A stretch of DNA of 19,502 bases, taken from a virus (lineage: Duplodnaviria > Heunggongvirae > Uroviricota > Caudoviricetes). The notes beneath the pieces are model-generated. The model did not search any database, was not told the DNA's origin, and saw only the letters and a list, made by a program, of their open reading frames with translations. Below, piece after piece: positions 1 to 6,706 of this stretch. The position numbers were made by a program, and so were the translations under genes. The stretch is taken from IMG/VR virus record IMGVR_UViG_2700989476_000014. One strand, 5' to 3'. Each line of letters opens with the position of its first letter. Position 1 is the first letter of the stretch.

Positions 1-438
1 ACAGCCGTACTGCCCTTTGCTCAGGTCTGCCTTCGGATGATTCAGCGTACTCATATCCTGCACATCATGCAGACAGTGGTCAGCCGGGATGATGTCGTTA
101 TACGTACAACTCTCTCCCCCCGGAGTTACCGTGCTGCGGCGCGCCAGCTGTTTAATGCGCGGATCCGGAGCATCGTAAGAATCCGGTAACGGAAGCCCTT
201 CACCGTAGGCCATGCCGTTGGACTGTCCGGCAAGCACAACCACGTAGAACCAGTCCGGCTCAGATGAAGGGCCGACCTGTGGATCTCCTTCAATAGCCAC
301 CGCCTGCATCAGTGTGTACGGCGTAATGGCAACCGGTCCGCCATATGGCTGCCAGCCCTCTTTCAGTTTGTGTGTCAGCTTTTCCGCAAGGTCTGACGGC
401 GACGCCGCCCTGACAACATCATAGTGTTTAAATGCCAT
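1..438 (-). CDS. 5' portion of a NanS-p-like prophage esterase (DUF1737-like N-terminus, then SGNH/SASA-type sialate O-acetylesterase motif); gene runs off the left window edge
   Basis: Absent from the ORF track because the window edge cuts it. Reading the minus strand from ATG 438-436 (SD GGGAGG a few nt upstream) gives MAFKHYDVVRAASPSDLAEKLTHKLKEGWQPYGG...VVVLAGQSNGMAYGEGLPLPD..., open to position 1. GQSNxM is typical of SASA/SGNH esterases; the position downstream of phage tRNAs matches nanS-p of Stx-type lambdoid phages. Family assignment is from memory. Confidence 0.55.
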   Translation of the reverse strand, partial: MAFKHYDVVRAASPSDLAEKLTHKLKEGWQPYGGPVAITPYTLMQAVAIEGDPQVGPSSEPDWFYVVVLAGQSNGMAYGEGLPLPDSYDAPDPRIKQLARRSTVTPGGESCTYNDIIPADHCLHDVQDMSTLNHPKADLSKGQYGC

Positions 439-631
439 GAATCCTCCCGGCCGGGATAATATTGTGAGTAAAATGAGGAGCGGGCTGAAGTCCGGAAGTT
501 ACAGGACAATGGCAGAAGAGAGACAACAGCCCGCAATACGAAAAAGGCCGCGCTATTGCGCAGAGTGATTACTGTCGGATATTATTCGCCAGCTGAAATA
601 TTACTTCACGTTTTGTTGTTTATTCCTTGCC

Positions 632-661
632 GCCCGCGTCTCCCAGCGCGGGCTTTTTTTT
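632..661 (+). terminator. Rho-independent terminator, plus-strand orientation
   Basis: GCCCGCG (632-638) / CGCGGGC (647-653) 7-bp GC stem with 8-nt loop, followed directly by T8 (654-661). Confidence 0.55.
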
Positions 662-665
662 GTCC

Positions 666-691
666 ATAAGAAAGCCCCTCCGGAGAGGGGC
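666..691 (-). terminator. Rho-independent terminator, minus-strand orientation (likely end of the tRNA transcription unit)
   Basis: GCCCCTC (674-680) / GAGGGGC (685-691) 7-bp stem with 4-nt loop; on the minus strand it is followed by TTTCTTAT. With 632-661 it forms a back-to-back terminator pair. Confidence 0.45.
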
Positions 692-928
692 TGGAGAGTG
701 GCGCTATGTGCCATTGCATGGTGCCGGGTGCCTCCCGGTGAATTCAGTACCAGCACCTGAATCCGCGATTATCCCATATAACTACTCGCTGATTGCCCCT
801 CCGCACAGGGGGATTCACCATGCCAGTTTCTTTTAACAAACTCCCCGCAAAACAGACAACTGTCAACCGTCTGAATTGTGAGACATTTAAAAAAAAGGCC
901 CGCAAAAGCGAGCCGGGAAAAATAAGTC

Positions 929-1005
929 TGGCGCGTTGTACTGGATTCGAACCAGTGACCGATTGCTTAGAAGGCAATTGCTCTGTCCGGCTGAGCTAAC
1001 AACGC
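929..1005 (-). tRNA. argO: tRNA-Arg (anticodon UCU, reads AGA/AGG)
   Basis: Minus-strand sequence GCGTTGTTAGCTCAGCCGGACAGAGCAATTGCCTTCTAAGCAATCGGTCACTGGTTCGAATCCAGTACAACGCGCCA: 7-bp acceptor stem, D-arm AGCTCAGCCGGACAGAGC, anticodon stem ATTGC/GCAAT with loop CTTCTAA (anticodon TCT), T-loop GGTTCGAATCC, 3' CCA encoded. Cloverleaf folded by hand, not by tRNAscan. Confidence 0.8.
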
Positions 1006-1018
1006 AGGGTACAGATAA

Positions 1019-1095
1019 TGGACCGCCATCGAGGACTCGAACCCCGCGCAACCAGCTTCGAAGGCTGGCGCTCTATCCCGATGAGCTAATGGCGG
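1019..1095 (-). tRNA. argN: tRNA-Arg (anticodon UCG)
   Basis: Minus-strand sequence CCGCCATTAGCTCATCGGGATAGAGCGCCAGCCTTCGAAGCTGGTTGCGCGGGGTTCGAGTCCTCGATGGCGGTCCA: anticodon stem CCAGC/GCTGG with loop CTTCGAA (anticodon TCG), T-loop GGTTCGAGTCC, 3' CCA encoded. Exact 5' end is +/- 1 nt. Confidence 0.75.
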
Positions 1096-1105
1096 TATGT
1101 GATAT

Positions 1106-1180
1106 GGTGGCCCTTGCTGGATTTGAACCAGCGACCTGGCGATTATGAGTCGCTCGCTCTCACCACTGAGCTAAAGTGCC
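1106..1180 (-). tRNA. ileZ: tRNA with CAU anticodon (Ile2-type/Met-like, as ileZ of lambdoid Stx phages)
   Basis: Minus-strand sequence GGCACTTTAGCTCAGTGGTGAGAGCGAGCGACTCATAATCGCCAGGTCGCTGGTTCAAATCCAGCAAGGGCCACCA: anticodon loop CTCATAA (anticodon CAT), T-loop GGTTCAAATCC, 3' CCA. One A:G mismatch in the acceptor stem. Ile versus Met identity cannot be decided from sequence alone. Confidence 0.7.
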
Positions 1181-1229
1181 GCGCGCAGAATAATAACGTT
1201 ACGGAATTAATACTGCAATCTCATCCGTT

Positions 1230-2279
1230 TCAAACGATTAAATCCTGAACTTCCCTGACTGTCTGCTCAAAACGTCCGGTCTCCAGCTCAACACCAATCG
1301 CACGACGCCCCAGTGCCATCGCCGCTTTTACCGTTGAACCCGACCCCATGAAAAAATCCGCAACCAGATCACCAGGACGACTACTTGCGCTGATTATCTG
1401 CTGCAGCATTTCTGCCGGTTTTTCGCACGGATGTTTCCCTGGATAGTACTGCACCGGTTTATACGTCCACACATCGGTGTACGGCACCTGCACCGTCACA
1501 CCGAAATACCGCCGCAAATTTTTATATTCACTCAGCAGTTCCATATACTTCCGGTTCAGCTCACTGTATGTGCTGACCAGCTGGTGGTGTGGCTTTTCCA
1601 GTTCCCCGCGCTGATGTTTCTCTTCTGCCACCCGGGCAAACAGCGACTGTAATTTCAGATAATCGCTTTCGTTCGGTAGCTGCCACTGACTGGCACTGAA
1701 CCAGTGCGGCACCATGTTTTTCTTTCCTGTGGCATCTGCAATCTGTTTTGCCGTTATCCCCAGGGCAGCGCGCGCATCACGAAAGTAAGCAATCAGCGGG
1801 GCCATCACATGCTGTTTCAGTGCCCTGCCCTTCGCCTCATACCCGGCATCTTTCGGGCGATACGGCCCCTGATAATGTTCCGCGAACAGAATGCGCTCTG
1901 TGGCGGGGAAATACGCCCGCAGGCTTTCCTTGTTGCACCCGTTCCAGCGTCCGGACGGCTTTGCCCAGATAATATGGTTCAGCACACTGAAGCGTTCACG
2001 CATCATGATTTCAATGTCAGATGCCAGGCGATGGCCACAGAACAGGTAAAGACTTCCGGCAGGTTTCAGCACCCGCCAGAACTGCGCCAGACACTGGTCC
2101 AGCCACTTCAGGTAATCATCGTCGCCCTTCCACTGGTTATCCCAGCCCTCGGGCTTCACTTTAAAGTACGGCGGGTCCGTGACTATCAGGTCAACAGAAT
2201 TTTCGGGTAACGACCGGATAAATTCCAGGCAGTCGGCGTTGATTAACTCACAACTGGATATTTTTACAGTATTAAGCAT
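1230..2279 (-). CDS. DNA methyltransferase (N6-adenine/N4-cytosine class, DPPY motif; no cognate restriction enzyme seen)
   Basis: 349-aa ORF; N-terminal ...ELINADCLEFIRSLPENSVDLIVTDPPYF... (catalytic DPPY) and C-terminal ...DFFMGSGSTVKAAMALGRRAIGVE... (AdoMet-binding FxGxG) match the layout of DNA modification methylases. Confidence 0.85.
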   Translation of the reverse strand: MLNTVKISSCELINADCLEFIRSLPENSVDLIVTDPPYFKVKPEGWDNQWKGDDDYLKWLDQCLAQFWRVLKPAGSLYLFCGHRLASDIEIMMRERFSVLNHIIWAKPSGRWNGCNKESLRAYFPATERILFAEHYQGPYRPKDAGYEAKGRALKQHVMAPLIAYFRDARAALGITAKQIADATGKKNMVPHWFSASQWQLPNESDYLKLQSLFARVAEEKHQRGELEKPHHQLVSTYSELNRKYMELLSEYKNLRRYFGVTVQVPYTDVWTYKPVQYYPGKHPCEKPAEMLQQIISASSRPGDLVADFFMGSGSTVKAAMALGRRAIGVELETGRFEQTVREVQDLIV

Positions 2280-2311
2280 GGATCATTAAGCCTGTCTCTG
2301 ATAGGCTCATT

Positions 2312-2330
2312 CTGCTTTTGCGCAAAGCAG
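2312..2330. promoter_or_regulatory. Near-palindromic hairpin/binding-site candidate in the methylase leader
   Basis: CTGCTTTTGCGCAAAGCAG: 7-bp arms CTGCTTT/AAAGCAG around TGCGC; contains TTGCGCAA, the same palindromic core seen in the OR region (11603-11610). Confidence 0.25.
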
Positions 2331-2430
2331 ATGGGCCTGAGGTTTGCTTGTGACCCCAACGCATGAGCAGATGGCTGGCAGGTGCCGCTAACACCCACCA
2401 GCCGCCCATTTTCACAGCAGGAAACCGCCA

Positions 2431-2634
2431 TTACTGGCAGCGTCTGAATTTATTCCCGTACCCGCCGTTATCCTTCGCCAGACCCGCCAGAACTAACTGA
2501 GTCAGTATTAACTGGCACCGGGCTTCGCTTACTCCGGTAGTTCTCGTCATCATGCGTGGCGTTACCCACTTGTCAGCAGGTAAGAAATGAAGGACTGCGG
2601 CGGCGGTTTCTGTCATATCTTGCTGTTTTAGCAT
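2431..2634 (-). CDS. Hypothetical small protein (67 aa), first ORF after the putative late terminator
   Basis: Track ORF 2431..2742 (103 aa); I prefer the internal ATG at 2634-2632 (MLKQQDMTETAAAV...) because it has an SD-like AAGGGA ~7 nt upstream and the upstream 36 codons look non-protein-like. No family recognised. Confidence 0.4.
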   Translation of the reverse strand: MLKQQDMTETAAAVLHFLPADKWVTPRMMTRTTGVSEARCQLILTQLVLAGLAKDNGGYGNKFRRCQ

Positions 2635-2754
2635 GTCTTTTCCCTTCTGGTTAACATGACATACCAATAACTCTTGTCTAAAAAGCCAGCAAGATAAAAA
2701 GCCAGTATTCACGACCACCAGCGTGTTTACTGTACTGCACAAGGTTTACAGGTA

Positions 2755-2780
2755 CAAAAAAACCGCTCAGCGGCGGGTTT
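2755..2780 (-). terminator. Terminator-like hairpin with T7 tail on the minus strand (candidate tR'-like late terminator); weak in the plus orientation
   Basis: Minus strand reads ...CCGCCGCTGAGCGG TTTTTTT: short GC stem (CCGC/GCGG) followed by seven T; on the plus strand the same hairpin is preceded by A7. Confidence 0.4.
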
Positions 2781-2782
2781 AA

Positions 2783-2898
2783 GTTGTGTGGCGAAGTAAC
2801 CACTCTTAACACGATATAATACTTTTTGCGTACGCGTTAGGATTTTTATAAACTATGCGTCCCCATTCTCGCTATCTTTAGTCGGTCCTGGAATACAC
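2783..2898 (+). promoter_or_regulatory. Candidate promoter region for the AT-rich cassette (and, on the opposite strand, possible location of the late promoter/qut)
   Basis: Perfect -10 hexamer TATAAT at 2814-2819 with a weak -35 candidate upstream; a second TATAAA at 2846-2851; AT-rich tract right upstream of ATG 2899. The -35 elements are poor, so the assignment is tentative. Confidence 0.35.
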
Positions 2899-3825
2899 AT
2901 GAAAGTTAGAAGCATAGGATTTACAATAAATAACAATAACAAAAATATTAATACCGTTGACGTAATGAATGCTTTTATCAACGCATCAAACAGAGAACAC
3001 AGTCGCACAGACTATACTCGTAAAATTCTCATTTCGGATGTGAATGATTTCTATTATGGATTAGTTGTCACATTCAGAAACCAAAAAAAGAACTGTAAGT
3101 CGCAATTTGTTGATGGTAAATTCCAGCTTAAAATTGAAGATCTTCAAGGAAGTGACAAACTTGCTAATTTCAACTTTTTCTTAATTAAAAAATCTAATCT
3201 TTCTGGTCTCTATATGTATCACCACGGTTCATGCAGTCTGAACACTCTCTTTTCTCATTTAGAAACAATAAGTAATGAATTTATCAGAAATCAAAATAAA
3301 GAAGAAATAAAAAAACTTGGTGATAAACCAAAACAAAAAGAAGTAACTGCAATAAATAAAAAATACAAAGAAAGACTGACTTTCAGCCTTATGACAAATA
3401 AAAACAACATTCAGAGTGTTTTATGTCAATTCAAAGAGATTAAAAGCACAAGCTTTAAATTTAATTATATAGATTTTAAAGGTGGACCAATGACTGCGCT
3501 TGAACAATTTGTTAACACCACCACAATAGATATGAATTTTAATTCTAGCGACAGAACAAAAGTGCAACAACTATCTCAGAATCTTTCAAATATTTATAAT
3601 TCTATGAGTGGAGTTGCTAAAGCACAGGTTATTGCAGTAAACCATGCAGGAATAGAAAAAACCATTGATTTTATGAACTGCCCTGTTTTTTTTGAAACAT
3701 ACGATTTCGATATAATTGCCGATAAAGTCAATGGATTGACAAACGATAATTATACAACAAACCCTGTTTTTGATATGATAAAAGAAGAAATGCTGAACGG
3801 GACGAATAAAAATGCCTTTATATGA
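2899..3825 (+). CDS. Hypothetical protein, component A of an AT-rich two-gene cassette (308 aa, Asn/Lys-rich, no catalytic motif recognised)
   Basis: 308-aa ORF on the strand opposite to all neighbouring phage genes; strongly AT-rich codon usage; overlaps the start of the next ORF by 14 nt. No Walker A, HEPN, HNH, TIR or PD-(D/E)XK signature recognised by eye. Confidence 0.75.
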   Translation: MKVRSIGFTINNNNKNINTVDVMNAFINASNREHSRTDYTRKILISDVNDFYYGLVVTFRNQKKNCKSQFVDGKFQLKIEDLQGSDKLANFNFFLIKKSNLSGLYMYHHGSCSLNTLFSHLETISNEFIRNQNKEEIKKLGDKPKQKEVTAINKKYKERLTFSLMTNKNNIQSVLCQFKEIKSTSFKFNYIDFKGGPMTALEQFVNTTTIDMNFNSSDRTKVQQLSQNLSNIYNSMSGVAKAQVIAVNHAGIEKTIDFMNCPVFFETYDFDIIADKVNGLTNDNYTTNPVFDMIKEEMLNGTNKNAFI

Positions 3826-4360
3826 ATGGCTAATAAATAAAAGATTGAGGTATCAGTACCTTACACTGCTTGCATTCTCGATCCTGGCATTGCTTGCACT
3901 TTACCTATTGTACAGAAACACACCTAAAGTAAGTGTTAACTTTTTTGATTTTTATCATAAAAACTTACGAGGCTATCTCTTCTCCGGTTTTATTTCCGTG
4001 GGCTCATTTTTATTGAGCCTGCATACCTTTGTTATAATAAATTTACGCGATAAGGTTTTTGCAACTCAGGAATATAAGGAAATTTATAGCATTGCCACTG
4101 GTATACCTATTGACAAAATCAATGATAGTGTACTTTATAAACCTTTAGACAATTTATCCTCATTTATTAATACATCAATATTATGTTCTATCACAACAGC
4201 AATTGCACAATTCACTATTGGACTTTCAACTAATTTATATGCATGCTTATTTTGCGTATGGCTTGCAATACTAACGGTATTTCTTTTATTACATTGCCTC
4301 ATCATAATCAGACAAAATATTAAAATTTTATTAAAGCAACAGAGAAAAAAAGGGGGGTAA
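3812..4360 (+). CDS. Small multi-pass membrane protein, component B of the cassette (182 aa, 3-4 predicted TM helices, basic C-terminal tail)
   Basis: Hydrophobic stretches YLTLLAFSILALLALYLLY, GYLFSGFISVGSFLLSLHTFVIINL, FINTSILCSITTAIAQFTIGL and LYACLFCVWLAILTVFLLLHCLIII; C-terminus ...RQNIKILLKQQRKKGG. The start ATG overlaps the end of component A (ATGCCTTTATATGA). Confidence 0.75.
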   Translation: MPLYEWLINKRLRYQYLTLLAFSILALLALYLLYRNTPKVSVNFFDFYHKNLRGYLFSGFISVGSFLLSLHTFVIINLRDKVFATQEYKEIYSIATGIPIDKINDSVLYKPLDNLSSFINTSILCSITTAIAQFTIGLSTNLYACLFCVWLAILTVFLLLHCLIIIRQNIKILLKQQRKKGG

Positions 4361-4370
4361 TTCCCCCTAA
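4345..4370. terminator. Bidirectional terminator between the convergent cassette and Q (stronger in the minus orientation)
   Basis: A7-GGGGG(G)-TAATT-CCCCC-TAATATT: 5-bp G/C stem flanked by an A-run on one side and a U-rich tract on the other; the minus strand reads hairpin + TTTTTTT. It sits exactly between the stop of ORF 3812..4360 and the stop of Q (4373). Confidence 0.5.
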
Positions 4371-4372
4371 TA

Positions 4373-4729
4373 TTACAACATTGAAAGCACACCATCCAGA
4401 AAACCAAGAGCTGTTTGCAACTCTTTTCTTATTGTCCCATCAGAACACTTCTGCTTCTTTGCAATAGTTCTTAGTGAGATGCCGATAACAAAATGAGCAA
4501 TAACCAACTCATACTCTTCGGGCTTATATTTCCGCAATCGCGCAACACAGCTGTCAATCATGATTCCTTCATCATCATCGCATTGTTGGCGTGTTTTCTT
4601 TCCATGAGGTAGTAAACCTTTAAACCCTGCAGCAACAGGCTGCCAGTCCACACCACTGTTATCTGCTGCAGCCCATGCACCCCAGCGGTCCAATACTTCA
4701 TACATATCACGCATCAACTTTCTCCACAA
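4373..4729 (-). CDS. Late-gene antitermination protein Q (small phage 21/82-type Q family)
   Basis: 118 aa: ...VLDRWGAWAAADNSGVDWQPVAAGFKGLLP...QCDDDEGIMIDSCVARLRK...HFVIGISLRTIAKKQKCSDGTIRKELQTALGFLDGVLSML, the pattern I recognise for short Q antiterminators. Position (last gene of the early-right operon, ahead of the tRNA/late region) is as expected. Confidence 0.8.
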   Translation of the reverse strand: MWRKLMRDMYEVLDRWGAWAAADNSGVDWQPVAAGFKGLLPHGKKTRQQCDDDEGIMIDSCVARLRKYKPEEYELVIAHFVIGISLRTIAKKQKCSDGTIRKELQTALGFLDGVLSML

Positions 4730-4731
4730 AA

Positions 4732-5727
4732 TCAGGCCAGCACGCCAATTGCCAGTGCACGATCGATAAAACGAAATATCAGCTCCAGCTGGGAGCCATA
4801 CTTCTCTTCAAATGCCACGGTATCCGCATGCAGCTCGTCGTGATGCTTTCTGCACAAAGGCAACACAAAGAGGTCATGCGCTTTTGTAGCCATTCCACCC
4901 TGACCGTGACCTATCAGGTGGTGGGGATCATCAGCAGGTTTTCCACAACATGCGCACGGCTGCGTCTTAACCCAGCGCGTGTACTTTTCATTAACCCAGC
5001 GGCGACGTTTGGGGCGTAACATAAAAGACTCCGGCGACTCCGGATCCACTTTCAGCGCCAGCACCTTTTTCGCCTTATCCTGGATGATGCTGGTGGCAGG
5101 AACCGAAGGCACAAGGTCACTTTCCCGGGTAACAGACGGCACAACAGGCTTCGGTAATCTCAGTGCCTTACGGGCTGCACTTTCCGGTAAGGCATCCGCC
5201 AGATCATTACGAATCAGCCACCAGCACAGTTCCGGCATTGTCACAACATGACTGTCATCAAAACCGAGATCCCGACGCACAACAGACAACACCCAGCGGG
5301 CACTGTTATCCGTTGCCATTGATTCCAGCCGTTCCGTGAACTGATCGCGCAGCTGGTTATCGCAGTGCCAGCACAAACGGATTGCGCCCGGAGCGTGTCG
5401 CATTGTTGTCATGTTCTCGCTGTGCCAGTCGGAATGAGGCCACTGGCAGCCTTTTTCACGAAGTAACCAGCTTTCAAGACATTCCACGCCACCAGCACGA
5501 CGGATCACTGCCTCATTACGGAACACGGCCCGAACGGCAGGATCATCCGCCAGCGGTTGTGATGCCGCCGGAACGGCACCACTGGCGAAAGATGAATAAC
5601 GTTCCGGCTCAGGCTCCAGCAAGACACGCCCCTGCATAAACAAGGGCATCAGCTCTGAACCTGGTCTGAACAATACGATCCCCATACGCGGGGCAATTTC
5701 AGGGGTCAGTAGTGCTCTCACGGTCAC
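4732..5727 (-). CDS. DUF968-type protein with C-terminal HNH-like Cys/His motif (YdfU-like)
   Basis: 331 aa; C-terminus ...QPCACCGKPADDPHHLIGHGQGGMATKAHDLFVLPLCRKHHDELH... (CxxC...HH...C...HH). Immediately upstream of Q, as in nin-region HNH/NinG-like genes. Confidence 0.7.
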   Translation of the reverse strand: MTVRALLTPEIAPRMGIVLFRPGSELMPLFMQGRVLLEPEPERYSSFASGAVPAASQPLADDPAVRAVFRNEAVIRRAGGVECLESWLLREKGCQWPHSDWHSENMTTMRHAPGAIRLCWHCDNQLRDQFTERLESMATDNSARWVLSVVRRDLGFDDSHVVTMPELCWWLIRNDLADALPESAARKALRLPKPVVPSVTRESDLVPSVPATSIIQDKAKKVLALKVDPESPESFMLRPKRRRWVNEKYTRWVKTQPCACCGKPADDPHHLIGHGQGGMATKAHDLFVLPLCRKHHDELHADTVAFEEKYGSQLELIFRFIDRALAIGVLA

Positions 5728-5728
5728 C

Positions 5729-6556
5729 TCAATGAACGGTATCGAGCAGCTTTAACAGCTCAGGGAATCGGGATTCGAAGAAATGCGGCTGCGTCTCGCG
5801 CGGATTTGCGGGACTGGTGATGTTCTTGCCGAACATGCAGCCTTTCGCTGTCAGCGACCAGAATTTTTTGATGTTGTTAATCGCGGTACGGCTGTATCGT
5901 TCGCGCTGCTCGACGATCCCCAGCTTCACCATCTGGTGATATGCCTGATTAGCCGTCAGGCGGATACCATACTGCTTCAGCAGTGCACTCAGCGACAGCG
6001 TAGGGCGGCTTGAACCATCTGGCGCATCAGCAGGTGCATCAATGGCATAGATCGGCATAAGTTCAGGAAGACCAGCTACCTTTGATAATTTCTGGTATGC
6101 ACCAAGTTTCGAGGAGTTTGACAGATTTAGAGTCTTTGCTGCTGATTCAAGCAGAATGACCCCGGATTTAATTTTGTCGGATGTGGTTTCTTCTGGTGAT
6201 GAATTATGAAGCGCATCAAAAGTACGTATCACTTTTAAGCTGAATGCCGGGCTGATCCACATTGCATATGCATAGACCAGCTCTTTACAGACATACGTCC
6301 CACCATTGCGCCCCTGAATGGTGATGACAGGAATACTACGGGAATCTCCCGTAGTTTCTTCTTCCAATAATTCCACAAGAGCCTTCGTTTCAGGACGACG
6401 CATAAACTCGTGAACTTCCAGCGAACGGGAGGAGCGATTCTCACCAGCGGCAAGAAGAGCAGCTTTCTGAAGGTCGTTAAGACAGTAGTTAGATTCGAAG
6501 TACTGGCGCACAGAAACGCCATCAATTACAAGCAACTGATTCATTGGTTTCTCCAC
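5729..6556 (-). CDS. KilA-N domain protein (antirepressor-like)
   Basis: 275 aa; N-terminal ...LLVIDGVSVRQYFESNYCLNDLQKAALLAAG...IPVITIQGRNGGTYVCKELVYAYAMWISPAFSLKVIRTFD... matches the KilA-N/APSES pattern. Start could also be ATG 6544 (MNQLL...). Confidence 0.7.
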   Translation of the reverse strand: MEKPMNQLLVIDGVSVRQYFESNYCLNDLQKAALLAAGENRSSRSLEVHEFMRRPETKALVELLEEETTGDSRSIPVITIQGRNGGTYVCKELVYAYAMWISPAFSLKVIRTFDALHNSSPEETTSDKIKSGVILLESAAKTLNLSNSSKLGAYQKLSKVAGLPELMPIYAIDAPADAPDGSSRPTLSLSALLKQYGIRLTANQAYHQMVKLGIVEQRERYSRTAINNIKKFWSLTAKGCMFGKNITSPANPRETQPHFFESRFPELLKLLDTVH

Positions 6557-6706
6557 AAATTTTTATCCACGAGCGGGACTGCACTCCCTTTTCGTTGATG
6601 CAGGATGAACTTACTGCGATTTTTAATAGTTATCAAGGATACACTGTTCATAAATACAGTATCTTTAACGAGGTAATACCCAAATTTAGGGTGTTGCTCA
6701 ATTCCG

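Noticed and set aside
439-928. Possible stx (Shiga toxin) genes downstream of the tRNA trio
   Set aside because: The interval is only ~490 bp and has no ORF of the size of stxA/stxB; only terminators are present.
627-1148. Track ORFs 627..836(+), 744..977(-), 793..999(+), 936..1148(+)
   Set aside because: They overlap the tRNA genes and the terminator hairpins, have no RBS and low-complexity translations; better explained as non-coding.
1431-2210. Plus-strand ORFs 1431..1652, 1704..2210, 1748..1972
   Set aside because: Antisense to the well-supported methyltransferase gene; Pro/Arg/His-rich translations typical of spurious antisense frames.
4135-4407. Minus-strand ORF 4135..4407 (90 aa)
   Set aside because: Lies antisense within the membrane-protein gene and across the terminator; Cys-rich, no RBS.
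5783-6525. ORFs 5783..6013(+), 6235..6525(-), 6410..6598(+) inside/antisense to the KilA-N gene
   Set aside because: Alternative frames of a gene with a recognisable KilA-N domain in the main frame.
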